Source: Paraspadella gotoi
Lineage: Eukaryota; Animalia; Chaetognatha
DNA length: 64,000 nt
Direction: 5' to 3'
Assembly: GCA_051294375.1 (NCBI GenBank)
Contig: CM119267.1
Coordinates: 14,959,391 to 15,023,390, forward strand
Part shown: positions 11,940 to 24,683 of the stretch, piece after piece
Numbering within the stretch: position 1 is the stretch's first letter
How the letters are laid out: every line of letters begins with the position of its first letter
The notes under the pieces: generated by a model
Seen by the model: the letters and a program-made list of their open reading frames with translations, nothing else
Told to the model about the DNA's origin: nothing
Database searches by the model: none
Program-made: the position numbers and the translations under genes

Positions 11940-14900
11940 CCCATCGTCTCTCCTTCTCCAGGCCCCTCTTTCACCGCATTCCACTCTCTCCTCCCTCCTC
12001 CACCCTTCTATCGACCGGTCTCTCCTCTGCTTCGATTCTCACTCTCTCTCTACTTCCTTCTCAACTTCCGCTGGTCCCGGAGGTTGCTCGGCCGTATGCG
12101 GCCAGAGTCCAGCTACAAGGGCTGGCTCATCAAGAACCGCATTTTCAATCCCAGAAAGAATTGCTGATCGAATGGATTGACTAATTGAGCTTTGGTTTTT
12201 AAAAAAGGAAACTCTTGGTACGGTTTCGTTCGATTTGGTTTTTTTGTTGGTATAATTTAGTTCGCTTTGGTTATATTGTTTAGCAGTTCCTTTTCCTTTT
12301 GAATAAGTTAAATAAGTTTCTTAGACAAAGCGAAAATTTCTTCCAAATGAAACCAAAAACTTTTTGTAAAAAAAAACAAAAAACAAACAAACAAACAAAG
12401 CAATACAAGATTAGTTTTCCTCTTTTTTTAAAAAATCCTTGATTCGTCGATGTCATTGTCTAAAGTCCAACTGTTCATGAGTTCGCGAACAGGATAAGAG
12501 GCCAAAACGACGGAAAGTCCGCAGCTGGAAAGGCCAAAGGCTTGACAATTAGTAATGGAGGTCATTATGTCATTATGTTCGTAGCCAATGTTTACTAAAT
12601 CATCGTTATCGTGGTTGTAATCTGTGTGAGTCTTTCGTGCTTATTTTAGTCAAATTAATGAGGAATTATCGGTAAAAAGTTATATTGAAACTAATCTCTA
12701 TCCAAGTGAAATAAATACTATCTCATTTCGTGATCTTCGTCCACTGACTGTTGCACTGTTGCTGAATGCTGATGTCTTCATGCATCGCTGACAAAGTCGT
12801 CGTCTTAGTCATCATCGACGTCGTCGTTCATTAATGAGGAAACTCTTTAGATTCTCTCGGTGTTCGCCCCGAGGCCGAACAAGTCACCCTCGCTGATAGA
12901 AAAAGTTCCGCGCAGCTGTGAAGGTCAAATTCGTGACTTTTTTTGTGCCGAAAAGGGGGAACGTTGGGGTCATAGCCCTGGTTGTCGTGGTCATTGATAT
13001 GGTGAAATTCTTCGCCGCGATAATATCTTTCACTTGGATGATTCCTAGGATGTCGCTCATCTTTATCAACCAAAACTTCGTCGTCGGCGTCGTCGTCGCC
13101 GCTTGGGCCAATCATCGATCACGTGACACATTTCACAATTCGTTTTCTCACCGTTAATCTGATTAAACGAAATCGAGTGAAATCGAACAAGAAAAAGAGA
13201 CTTGGAGTTTAGCGACAGAAATGGGAGATGATGAATTGTCTCCCTCCCCGAAACATCACTCGGAGAGGGCGTTACGGTCGTTCTCTCTCGTCTCTGTCTT
13301 CTCTTTCTCGTCTACTCTTCCGTCGTCGTCGTCTTCTCTCGGTTCTTGAGTCGGTCAGTCATGTGTCTCATCTCTGCTCTCTCTTCTGCTCTCTCTGGTC
13401 GAGGTAATTGGAGCGGAATGTTGAAATACTCTCGGTGCTTAGCAACGGCATCCGCCTTTTTCGAAGTTGAGAGGTGAAGTGGATTTCGAAGTGTACGATG
13501 TTCATTCGTTCGTTAACTAAGTAAAAAAAAAAACAAAAACCGAACATAAAAAACAAAAGAATTGGAGAGTTGTGTTGTGTAATCATATACGTATGCTTTG
13601 ATTCTGTTGTTATTTTGGGAAATTTAAAACCGCCGTCAGGATATCTAGTAATCGCCAGTCGCTTTGTAATCCTCTTCACTGCATTCCACTCGAACCCGGA
13701 GAGGAGGGGGGGGGACGAAGTGATGTTCCAGTTTAGAAACAAATAACGATTGAGACGAAAAGAAACAAAGTCTCCTAATGAAGAAACTAAATAAATATGT
13801 AACGAAAAAAGTTTCCGGTCATTCGAAGGGTTTTTTTTTTTTTTTTCTCGTCTGACGTCTTTTGTTTTTTTGGTGAAGTTTTTCGCGGATTTGAAGAAAG
13901 AAAAAAAGTCTACTTTGTGACGAGAAAAATCTTTTTGTTTTCCTTTTTTTTATTGGCGATTCACTTAAAGGCAAGAAACAAATAGTTTTTAACTGAAAAT
14001 TGCTTGTTTGGTTATGCGTCATAACTTTGTTTATTTAAAATATAGCAATCATTATTTTAAAAGCACCATGTCAGATAGTAATTAAAAAAAAATAATATGA
14101 ATCGAATTGTATACAATGTGCAATTTACAAGTTTTCGAGCAGCCGCTGACAACTTTTCTTTATTTTTTCCGACCGCAGAAGCGAAAAAGTCAAAAAAAGA
14201 AATCGCGACTAAAATTCGCAAAAAACCTTTTTTGCGTCTTTGGCGCCAAATTGCGATCGACGCGCGAAGCTTTTGGCGAGAAATCCCCGACAGTATTTCC
14301 TTTCGGCGATTATTTTAACTCTTACATTCTTTTATATTTCATTAATTTAGTTAATTTTTTAAATTTAATTCCTCAAACGCATTTTTTTTTTCAATGCATA
14401 AGTTTTCCTTCATCGAGGGATTTACGCTCGATCGGTACATGGCCTCGAGAAAAAAAATACTCGAAACCAAATAAACTCACTCTTTCTCCCTCTCTCTCTC
14501 NNNNNNNNNNNNNNNNNNNNNNNNNNNNNNNNNNNNNNNNNNNNNNNNNNNNNNNNNNNNNNNNNNNNNNNNNNNNNNNNNNNNNNNNNNNNNNNNNNNN
14601 NNNNNNNNNNNNNNNNNNNNNNNNNNNNNNNNNNNNNNNNNNNNNNNNNNNNNNNNNNNNNNNNNNNNNNNNNNNNNNNNNNNNNNNNNNNNNNNNNNNN
14701 NNNNNNNNNNNNNNNNNNNNNNNNNNNNNNNNNNNNNNNNNNNNNNNNNNNNNNNNNNNNNNNNNNNNNTTTACACGAACTTTTAAAGGGACTTGTACGC
14801 GAAAAGATTTTTTCACTTTTTTTTCCTCGCTTTCTTTATTTATTGTCTTTTTGGTCATCAACGTCGTCATTGATCGTCGCTTCTTCCGTCGTCGCTATCA

Positions 14901-17284
14901 TCGTTGTCGCAGTCATTGTATTTTTGTCATCTATTTCTTTGTCATCAATATCCTGGTTTCGTTATCGTCTTCGCTGACGTCACGAGAAGCGTCGCCTTAT
15001 TTTGACGTCGGAGAATCTTTCATCGATCTCTTTATCTTTCCTTTTCTCAACCCAAAAAAAGGGTTAGACTTAGTGGGAGGGTTTTTTCCTCATTTTTCTT
15101 TCGGTTTTTTTTAAGTCGTCGTCGTTGTCGTCGTCGTCTAAACACAACACAATGACGATGACAGAAAATGCATTAAACAGCAGTCAACGTCGCTGTTCAT
15201 TCTCAACGTGTTCGCACCTCGCTTCAACGGCCACCACNNNNNNNNNNNNNNNNNNNNNNNNNNNNNNNNNNNNNNNNNNNNNNNNNNNNNNNNNNNNNNN
15301 NNNNNNNNNNNNNNNNNNNNNNNNNNNNNNNNNNNNNNNNNNNNNNNNNNNNNNNNNNNNNNNNNNNNNNNNNNNNNNNNNNNNNNNNNNNNNNNNNNNN
15401 NNNNNNNNNNNNNNNNNNNNNNNNNNNNNNNNNNNNNNNNNNNNNNNNNNNNNNNNNNNNNNNNNNNNNNNNNNNNNNNNNNNNNNNNNNNNNNNNNNNN
15501 NNNNNNNNNNNNNNNNNNNNNNNNNNNNNNNNNNNNNNNNNNNNNNNNNNNNNNNNNNNNNNNNNNNNNNNNNNNNNNNNNNNNNNNNNNNNNNNNNNNN
15601 NNNNNNNNNNNNNNNNNNNNNNNNNNNNNNNNNNNNNNNNNNNNNNNNNNNNNNNNNNNNNNNNNNNNNNNNNNNNNNNNNNNNNNNNNNNNNNNNNNNN
15701 NNNNNNNNNNNNNNNNNNNNNNNNNNNNNNNNNNNNNNNNNNNNNNNNNNNNNNNNNNNNNNNNNNNNNNNNNNNNNNNNNNNNNNNNNNNNNNNNNNNN
15801 NNNNNNNNNNNNNNNNNNNNNNNNNNNNNNNNNNNNNNNNNNNNNNNNNNNNNNNNNNNNNNNNNNNNNNNNNNNNNNNNNNNNNNNNNNNNNNNNNNNN
15901 NNNNNNNNNNNNNNNNNNNNNNNNNNNNNNNNNNNNNNNNNNNNNNNNNNNNNNNNNNNNNNNNNNNNNNNNNNNNNNNNNNNNNNNNNNNNNNNNNNNN
16001 NNACGGCTTGATTAACTCACCGCCGTAACCTTTTCTTCTATATCACCTAATCGGGCAAAGAAGAAAAGATCAAATTTCTCTTTCTCTCNNNNNNNNNNNN
16101 NNNNNNNNNNNNNNNNNNNNNNNNNNNNNNNNNNNNNNNNNNNNNNNNNNNNNNNNNNNNNNNNNNNNNNNNNNNNNNNNNNNNNNNNNNNNNNNNNNNN
16201 NNNNNNNNNNNNNNNNNNNNNNNNNNNNNNNNNNNNNNNNNNNNNNNNNNNNNNNNNNNNNNNNNNNNNNNNNNNNNNNNNNNNNNNNNNNNNNNNNNNN
16301 NNNNNNNNNNNNNNNNNNNNNNNNNNNNNNNNNNNNNNNNNNNNNNNNNNNNNNNNTTCGTTCCCGCGCTTCTCGTTACGATTGTCTCGTCTGGAAAGTC
16401 GAGTTCGTTTGACAACCTCACCTCTGACTCATCTCCTTTTCCTCACCGCATCGTTTCCTGATTACTTCCTATGACTCTTTTGAGTCTTGAACCTTACTTA
16501 ATTCTTTCTTCAATTTCTTAACGTTTAATCATCCAGTTTCAAAATTTTTTTTAATTTTGATTCAGTTCTCACTCTCCTGAAGGTAATTTGGATTTAACCC
16601 GTTAATGATCTCTNNNNNNNNNNNNNNNNNNNNNNNNNNNNNNNNNNNNNNNNNNNNNNNNNNNNNNNNNNNNNNNNNNNNNNNNNNNNNNNNNNNNNNN
16701 NNNNNNNNNNNNNNNNNNNNNNNNNNNNNNNNNNNNNNNNNNNNNNNNNNNNNNNNNNNNNNNNNNNNNNNNNNNNNNNNNNNNNNNNNNNNNNNNNNNN
16801 NNNNNNNNNNNNNNNNNNNNNNNNNNNNNNNNNNNNNNNNNNNNNNNNNNNNNNNNNNTTTTTTTTTTACTTTCTAGAGAATTCGAAAAGAAAGAGTAAA
16901 CTTCGTGGGTGCAAACCCACTCCTCGCCCGATGGCTTCGTCGTCGTCGTCGTCGTCGTNNNNNNNNNNNNNNNNNNNNNNNNNCTGGGACGCGCGCCCGA
17001 GTCAATGCTCAGTCGGCCAGCTACCGCTCTAATTTTTCCGCCCTTAATTTTTTATTTATTTTTTTTTTCATTTTTACCCCCCTATTTTTTTTTTTTTAAT
17101 AGCCCACGGCCCAGCCGCCCCCCCTACTTTTACCCCCCTGACCCCCACCCCACCCCCCCCCCGACCCCGCACACAAGCCCACCACCCGACCCCTACCCGC
17201 CACCCAAATTACCTTTTTATAATTAAACTAAAACCCCCCTGGCAATAAAAGGTTTTTTTTAACGTTTTTCAAAGAAAATCCCTA

Positions 17285-18870
17285 GAATCAAATCGGCGTT
17301 GTCGTCAGAAAGTCACGGCGCCGTTAACGGTGGATCCCGCTCTGGTCTTAAGGTTCCGACGAAAAAGACGATCCTTAGGTGGAGTATATAAAGTAAGTAG
17401 AAAGAAGAAAGAAAGATAAAAGAAGAAGAAAGAAAGAAAGAAAGAAAGAAGAAAGAAAGAAATAAAGTAAGACAGACAGAAAAAGAAAAAGAAAGAAAGA
17501 AAAAGCATCCGATTTTTTTTTCTCGTTTGTTATTTTGTTCGATTTTTATTTTCCCTTCCAGCGTGAAAGGTTCTGCGGACAACGACGACGACGACAACGA
17601 GACACAATTACGACGACGAATTGGAAACTTGTCCTTCAACCGTGATGCCGAAGGAAGTCGATGAAAGACGCGAAAATGGATCGGCGATTTTTCGCTGGCG
17701 CCTCCTCGCAATTCCCACGAAATGACGACCAACTTAATGGAAACTCAGAAAAACTTCAATGGTGGAGACGTTTGTTGTTGTTATTGTTATTGTTGTTTGT
17801 TGTTGTATTCTTTTATTTTAAAGGGGACAGAAGAGAAGAGAGGAAACTTCCATTTCTTGTCATGCTTTGTCTATATAAAATAAATTGACATATATTATAA
17901 TGTTAGTTATAATGAAAGAAAAGATCGTTGGATCTCCTCCATTCAAATTAGAGAGGCGACGGAGGGCGCGCCGAAGCCACGGAACACAACCAAACAGCAA
18001 ACGGAGTCAACCGCAGCGGATCAAACCGCAGCGGATCAACCGCAGCCGGAACAAACAACAACAACTCGGAGGAAAAGAAGGCGGAGGGAGAAGAGGGAAG
18101 AGGAGGAAGATGAAAATTTTGAAGAAAATGTAATGAGGACGACGACGACGACGATGATGATGACGATGATGACGATTACGATGACACGATAAAGACGCAA
18201 ATGATGACAATGATGACGACGACAACGATCTAAAGAATGCGATTGAAATCGTGTTCGTTTACATAGCGTCGTCGGTTATCGTCTCGGCTTGGTCGCCGGC
18301 GGACGTCCGACTCCGTTGCTCTTTTATCTCCAAAAGCCGCCAATGATTCTCCAAGGATTTCGTGCAGCCAGGGTGAGAGGTCAGTGGTGAGAGGCCAGTG
18401 GTGAGAGGCCAGTGGTCAGAGAGTCAAGGTTAAAGGGAAGGGAAGAGGGAAGAGGAGCGCGTCCGTGGCTCTTTAGAGATACAGTCATTAGGAACGAGAA
18501 TGTAAGAATAGTGGTGACAAAGGGTCGCATGGGCCGAAGGAAATCGTTTTTCCCTCCCCCTCCCTCTAGGCACCAAAATCGCTGGCTTGTTTGTTCGTCA
18601 ACGTTGAAGTTCAAGTTAGCTCAAAGCTAGGGTAAGTTCATGTCAATGTCATGTTCATGTCACACTTCAATCGAAAACCTTTACCTCACAGCGTCGATCG
18701 ATGAGAAATTGGCAAGATCTTCGACGATAGATCCCGACAAATTTCGTCTCGATTATGGCTGAACATCAATCAGAGTTCATGGACGCCGTCGCCTAAAGAT
18801 GTCCTTAGCAAACGAAACGCCCGCCGTTCCTCAAGGAGTTGGGGAATACAACTGGACGCACGGGTTGTTC
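17285..18870 (+). CDS. Putative run of short coding exons of unknown product (possibly the 5' part of the LRR gene)
   Basis: GC-richer blocks bounded by AG acceptors and GT donors (approx. 17285-17378, 17561-17761, 18268-18372, 18570-18631, 18692-18863), separated by low-complexity introns. The reading frame cannot be fixed and no family motif was recognised. Confidence 0.3.
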
Positions 18871-19333
18871 AGGGGTGGAGGTGGATAGTAAATTGTTGTA
18901 AGAGGGGATAGAAAAGGGCGATAGGAGAAAGTTGAAAAGGGGATACTCAGTTGAAATGGAGTTGGTTGAATTGACTACTTAAAATGAAAGAATGAAGTGA
19001 GGGGGAAATATTGCGGAGAAACGATGAAGGCGGTGAAAAAAAACCAAAGAGCCGAGGATTCTTCTCTCCTGTGAGGAAGAATTCCGAGTCAACGCCGCTC
19101 GTCGGAGGTGGTCGGCTTCTATTTAACCTTTCTTTTTTAATTCGTCGCGTCGTTTGTTTTCAAAAAATAATTTTTTTTCCGAAAGAGCTTTTTACGTTTT
19201 TTACGTTACTCAACGAGATGTTTTTAACGCGAACCAAAAAGTTGGGAAAAATTAAGCCTTTAAGCGCATCACCGCTTTTCTCTCTTTTCTCTTTCTCTTT
19301 CTCTCCTCTCTCCTCTCTCTCTCTCGTCTCTCT

Positions 19334-19366
<33 letters not shown>

Positions 19367-19380
19367 CTCTCACAACACAG

Positions 19381-22300
19381 TTGGTCGAGGCGATTTGTCG
19401 CGGCGGCGCCCGGCCGAACATGAAGTGGGTCCAGTTTTTATGGAACTTGAACACTCCGAAAGGCTGCATCAACTTATTTGGGTGATCTATTATTCAATTA
19501 GCTTTGAGAAGCGCAAGTAATGAACTCCTCCTCCCTGAAGGTCTCTTCTTCATCGGCGAGAGTGCCTCCTACAGGACATTCCCGCGGAAATGGTCGGAGA
19601 GCGAACGACGGAAGCCAATTTCGGAAGCGGGCAAAGGATCGAGTCGAGATCCGCTCGTAAGTTCGTGCAGAATGATGCGAGTACATAGAAATGGTGAACA
19701 AACAGGTCGAGCACGCCCACTTATCTCTTTCCTCGCCTATATTCTCTTTAAATCGGCATCTATCAATTATTCTCGCGATTCTCAGGTAAGAGAAGGCACG
19801 CGACAGAATCGAGCAATGCGCTACGAGGATTGGCTTCGTCATAAAGCCCGGACGCGATTTGGGTAGGATCTAATTGGAACCTCACTTCGACTTCCAAGAA
19901 ACCGTCGAGAGTTTTGTTACTAAAGCCCTCCAGCGTCTTAAGGCTTGCGGAACAATTGGCCCTCTGGCCGTTTTTTTCTCACGGGCTTCGTCCGCTCCAA
20001 CCCAAACTATTGAACCTACCCATTCAGAGTACGACTGGGACGTGACCGCACCCATTCGAGCCTTACGTTCCTCCGGCCGGGATGAAGATTGGAACATGAA
20101 TTCTACTACGACGCCTGCGCAAGTTTGGGGGTCATCCCCTTGCTTCCCCGTTTCTTGAGGTTTTCAGGTCGATGATTAGTTTATGTATTGTGGAACGCAT
20201 TCGTCACAAGTATCCACATTTCTTCTTTTTAACTTATACGCGTTTCATTCTTTTTTTTTTTTTATTTAGATGTCAATCATTTACTAAGTCGTTCATTCCA
20301 TTCATTATTCTCTCATTAATTCATAAAATAATTCATTCATTATTCATTCAATTTCATTAAATCATTCATTTTTCCTCCATGCTTCATCTTCCGCATTCCT
20401 TCAAAAACAATAAGTTTTGGCTGTCGACATAGTTTAATCAATCAATCATTTAATCACCCCACAGACAATTGCACAACAACCACTTGTTGGATGCCCCATT
20501 ACAACACTCGGTCAACATCGGCGCCAAAAGCGATCGCCGTCCGATCTTCAGACGGAAGAGTCATACTCTCAACATTTCGGACAACGCGAATTCGGACCTC
20601 TGGGGGCCAGTATATCGCGCAGGTGAGATGGGGGGGAAGGCGGAGGAGGAAGAGCAGGGAAAGAGTTTGGAGGCAGGAGAGATGGAAAGAAGGATAAAGA
20701 AAAAATGTCAGAATTTAATGATGAAAAAAAGCAGAAAAAAAATAATAAAGAAACAAGGAAACAAAAATTAAAAAAACATAAGAAAGAAAGAGAGAAGAAA
20801 AAAGAAAAAAAAGAAACAAAGTAAAAGAATTTTTTTAAAAAGTAACAAAGAAAAAAAAGGATGTATGTCGAAAAAAAATGAAGATAATGTAAGGAAGGAA
20901 TTAAAGCTTGTTAGATAGTGCAACCAAGCATCGAAGATAGTGGAGAAAGCCGCACAACATGCCAAATCACTCTCTCTCTCTCAGGCGATGAGAGAGAACC
21001 AAACTATCGAAGACCTCGACGTGTCCCGACAACCGAATTCAGTCTGAAGGCGCCGTCATCTTTTGCACGGTCCTGTAAAGAAACTCCTTCCTCGTCAAGA
21101 TTAATCTCTCGGTGAAATATATTTTGTTTGTTTTGTTTTGTTTTGTTTTTTCTTAATTTTGATTGTTTGGGTATTTAATAAAAGGTGTTAGTAATTGGAT
21201 ATATCCAGTATTTTTTATTTTAATTTTCTTTTCTTTTCCTTTTCTTTTCTTTTCTTCTTCTTTTCTTTTTCTTTTCTTTTTTTTTCTTATCGCCCACTAT
21301 TTCCTTCCTCAGGAAATCAATCCGCGATCCGAGACGCCCCTATCATAGCACCGTTTAAACTAAGAACACGACGGCTCACCGATTGAATTTGAGTCACAAC
21401 GACTCGGCGACCGGGGCGGGAGCCCATTCTGGGGCCCGGGCGATCAAAGGCGAGGCGCCTGTTGACTGAGTTGACTTGATTAAAAAGTTGACAGTTGTTG
21501 AAAAACGATGGTATTTGTTTCGCTTTCGTTTTCAGTCGAAACAAAATTCTGACAACTTGATCTCGGATGGAATCACTTCAAAGTCGTTCCTTCTTCTTGC
21601 TCGGCGGGATCAAGGAGAAATTTGTGAGAATTTTCTTCGACGCGTTTTTGTAATTGTGTTTCTCCTTATAACTATGCATATGCAATATATAATTAAAACC
21701 AAGTTCTGGTAAATCAACTTTTTTTCGCTCCACCTCTTACGCAAAATCGTTCCAACTCTTTTTCGCCCGTACTCTTCCACTCCTTCCCATTTTCTCTTCC
21801 CCTCTTTCTAATTCCCTCTTTTTCTTCCCCTCTTTCTCTCCTCTCTTTTTCTTCCACTCTTTCTTTCCTCTCTTTTTTTCTCCCCTCTCTCACTTCCCCT
21901 CTTGTTCTTCCCTCTTTCTCTTCCCTTCTTTCTCTTTCCCCTCATTCTCCATCCCCTCCCCTCATTCTCCTCCTTCCCCTCTTTCTCTTACCCCAACTTT
22001 CCACCGCTCTTCCACCTCCTCTTCCTCTCTATCTCGTCTATCCTCTCTCTCCTCTCTACCCTTCTTCCCGCCTTGATTATTCCCTTCCCCACTCTCCCCT
22101 CCCCCCTTATTCTCCCCTCTCCCCTTCCAAGCAAATCCTAGAGAACTGTCAATCTCGCCTTCAACGTCTGCGCCACGCCGACGCGAACGATGATCTACGA
22201 GATCATCAGCGACATCGAACTCTCAAGGAGATCAACATCTCGGGGAATCAGTTCACTCCTGAGAACGGGGTCATCTTGGCGGGGGCCTTGAAGGGAACAA

Positions 22301-24683
22301 CGGGTGAGACGTGAGAAAGAGCCCTGAAGGAATAACGCGCTCTTTTATGCTCACGAACATCGATTGTCCAAAAGTAAATTAGGATTCTCAATATCTGTGT
22401 TTTCGTATTTCTACGATCGATACTCAATTGATACCGGCGTTGATCTTTCACACGGATGTTTGAAGAACAGCTTCTTAATACTGGTGTAACGAGTCCACAA
22501 AGATTTCACAAAGGACCAAACTTGTTCGCCTTTTTATTTCGAAAAGATTATTTTTTATTGTATCCGTTCTCGGCCCTTTCTTCAATGGAGATAGCACTTT
22601 CGTTTCTTCTTGTTTCACTCACTTTCAACGATCACGACTCATCTCTTCTTCATGAATTCCTGAGCCCAAACTCTTTCGATTAACCGAACCACCAATTGAC
22701 CCCGACTCGTGCCTCCTCTTCCGGAAATGAGAAAAGCCTTCTCTGTTAAAAAAAAACATCCCAGAAGAGAATGAGAAGAAGAAAGGAGAGAGAGAGTAGA
22801 GAGAGAGAGAGAGAGAATCTTTCTGCGTCTAAAACGACAGAATGTATGTTTTCTTCTTTTCTTTTTTAAGCTCATTAATTACCTTCAAAATACTTTTAGT
22901 TTAGGCCCTCGGGTTTGGAAGAGTTGATTCGGTATTTTAAAAACATCGGTTAGCCTCTGAACGCTAGATTACCGATGTGACAATGGAGAAAGAGAGAGAA
23001 AAGAGAAAAGAAAAGGAAGAGAGCTTTTTACGGTTTTAAAATATTCGAGAAATATTACTACATGTTTACTTTTTAAATTATTTTTATCTCGTATTTTACG
23101 CCATCTGGACAGTTTATCGTCGGGGCGTTTGGAGGTCGAGAAAAACAGTTCAAGCCGGTGGCTCTGAATTATCTCTCTCTCTCTTCTTTTCTCTCTCTCT
23201 CTCGTCTCTCTCATCTCTCTCTCTCTCTCTCCTCTCTCCATTCTTTCAGCTGGGTGTTCCGCTTGCGGCCACAACAGCATCGGCCATGCCGCTGCGCTGT
23301 GATGCTGAAAGGCGGCAACTGGAGCCGACGAGCCGCGCCTCAAGATGCCTCGATCTGGAGAAGGTCGACGTCTTCAGGATTTCGTCCCGACACTACGAGG
23401 TGATTTGGCCTCCCCCCACCGGATCTCGAAGCCGAAGCGGATCGTCTGAGCCCGAGTGAACCCATTTTCGCTCCAGTATATGTTGTAGTTCATTATTATT
23501 AATTTATTTAATTGGTGTTGCGTTGGTAATGTTTTTGTTGTAGTTAAAGTGGACTGATTTTTTTTATTGTTAATCATGGGTGAAGAAATCGGTAATTGAA
23601 GATTCACCACTTACTTTTTACTTCACAACCGAATATTCGGAAATTAAAATTAACCAAAATGTCATTTCATTTATGTCTCATTTCATGAAGACAAAGAACA
23701 CGACAAGTGACAAACACCCGACCGTTTTCGTTATTCCTTTATTCCACGTCATAACTCATCATTTCATCATCATAATGATAAACTCCCGCCCCCAATTCCC
23801 CAACCCACTAAATCCTCAACACTCGCTCAAGAACTCCGATGCGGTCCCTCACTGACCGTCACCCACGGGTTCGTCATGGGCTCCTTCAAGATGACGGGCA
23901 TCTACCAGCGGAAGCGAGATTTTTCGCCCTCAGCGAAGTCGTCAAAGTTTTCAACGCGGAAAAACTTCGACCCGTCAAGGGTTTACATGTTTAATTCCAA
24001 AATGAAGTTCATAGGGTGAAGGAGAGGAGGGGAAGGGAAGGGGAAAAGGGGGGGAAGTAGGGGAAGGGGGGGAGGGGAAGGGAAGGGGAGGGAAGGGAAG
24101 GGTTAGGAAGAAAAGATAGGAAGGAGGAAAAGAAATAGGAAGGATATGAAATAGAGAGAGTGTTAAAGAGAGGAAAGAAGAGAGGAATGAATGATTGAGA
24201 GGAGAGGAAAATGAGCAGAGAGAAATAGAAGAAAGAAAGAGAAAGAAGTGAAGTGAAAGAAACACCCAGAAAGCGATAGGAAATAAATGATTGAGAATTT
24301 CAGAGAGAGATGAGACTCCAAAGAGTCCTGATAGGGCAAAGGAAGGAAAGAAAGAGAAGGAAACGAAAGGGATGAGAGGGATTTAAACCGAAGGGGGGGG
24401 GCAAAGAAAGAGAAGGAACCAGATAAGGGATGAAGAGAGATTACACGAAAAGGGGGGGGCAAGAAAGAGAGAGGAAAAGGAAAATGGAAGCGAAAGAGAC
24501 AGAAATCGTAAAAGAGATATGTAATTATGTATGAAAATAGTATCGGCTCCTTTGGTCAGATTTTCTGAAAAGTACGATAAAATCGGAAACTGGAGGCCCA
24601 CGTACCGAACTTCAGTGAATAGTCGCCCCTGCAGAATCCCGTCGATTTTGAGTTCGAAGGGGATCAGCTCAAGATGTTGCCTG
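19381..24683 (+). CDS. Multi-exon RI-like leucine-rich-repeat protein, LRRC74A/B-like; many apparent frameshifts, probably sequencing errors
   Basis: Fragments joined by eye across frameshifts: ~20100 FYYDACASLGVIP; 20465-20622 MPHY..GAKAIAV..TLNISDNA..GGQYIAQ; 20985-21111 AMRENQTIEDLDVS-NRIQSEGAVIFCTVL..NSFLVKINLS; ~21385 LNLSHND; ~21558 LDLGWNHF; 22142-22282 TVNLAFN..RTLKEINISGNQFTPENGVILAGALK; ~23265 CGHNSIGH. These are repeated LxLSxN motifs with GT-AG boundaries. Gene ends are approximate. Confidence 0.65.

Noticed and set aside
14107-16877. Long ORFs of up to 335 aa
   Set aside because: Open only because they run through N gaps.
18005-18420. Short tandem repeats (caaccgcagcggat x3; gtgagaggccagtg x3)
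   Set aside because: Ordinary minisatellites in a slippage-prone genome; no spacers or conserved structure.
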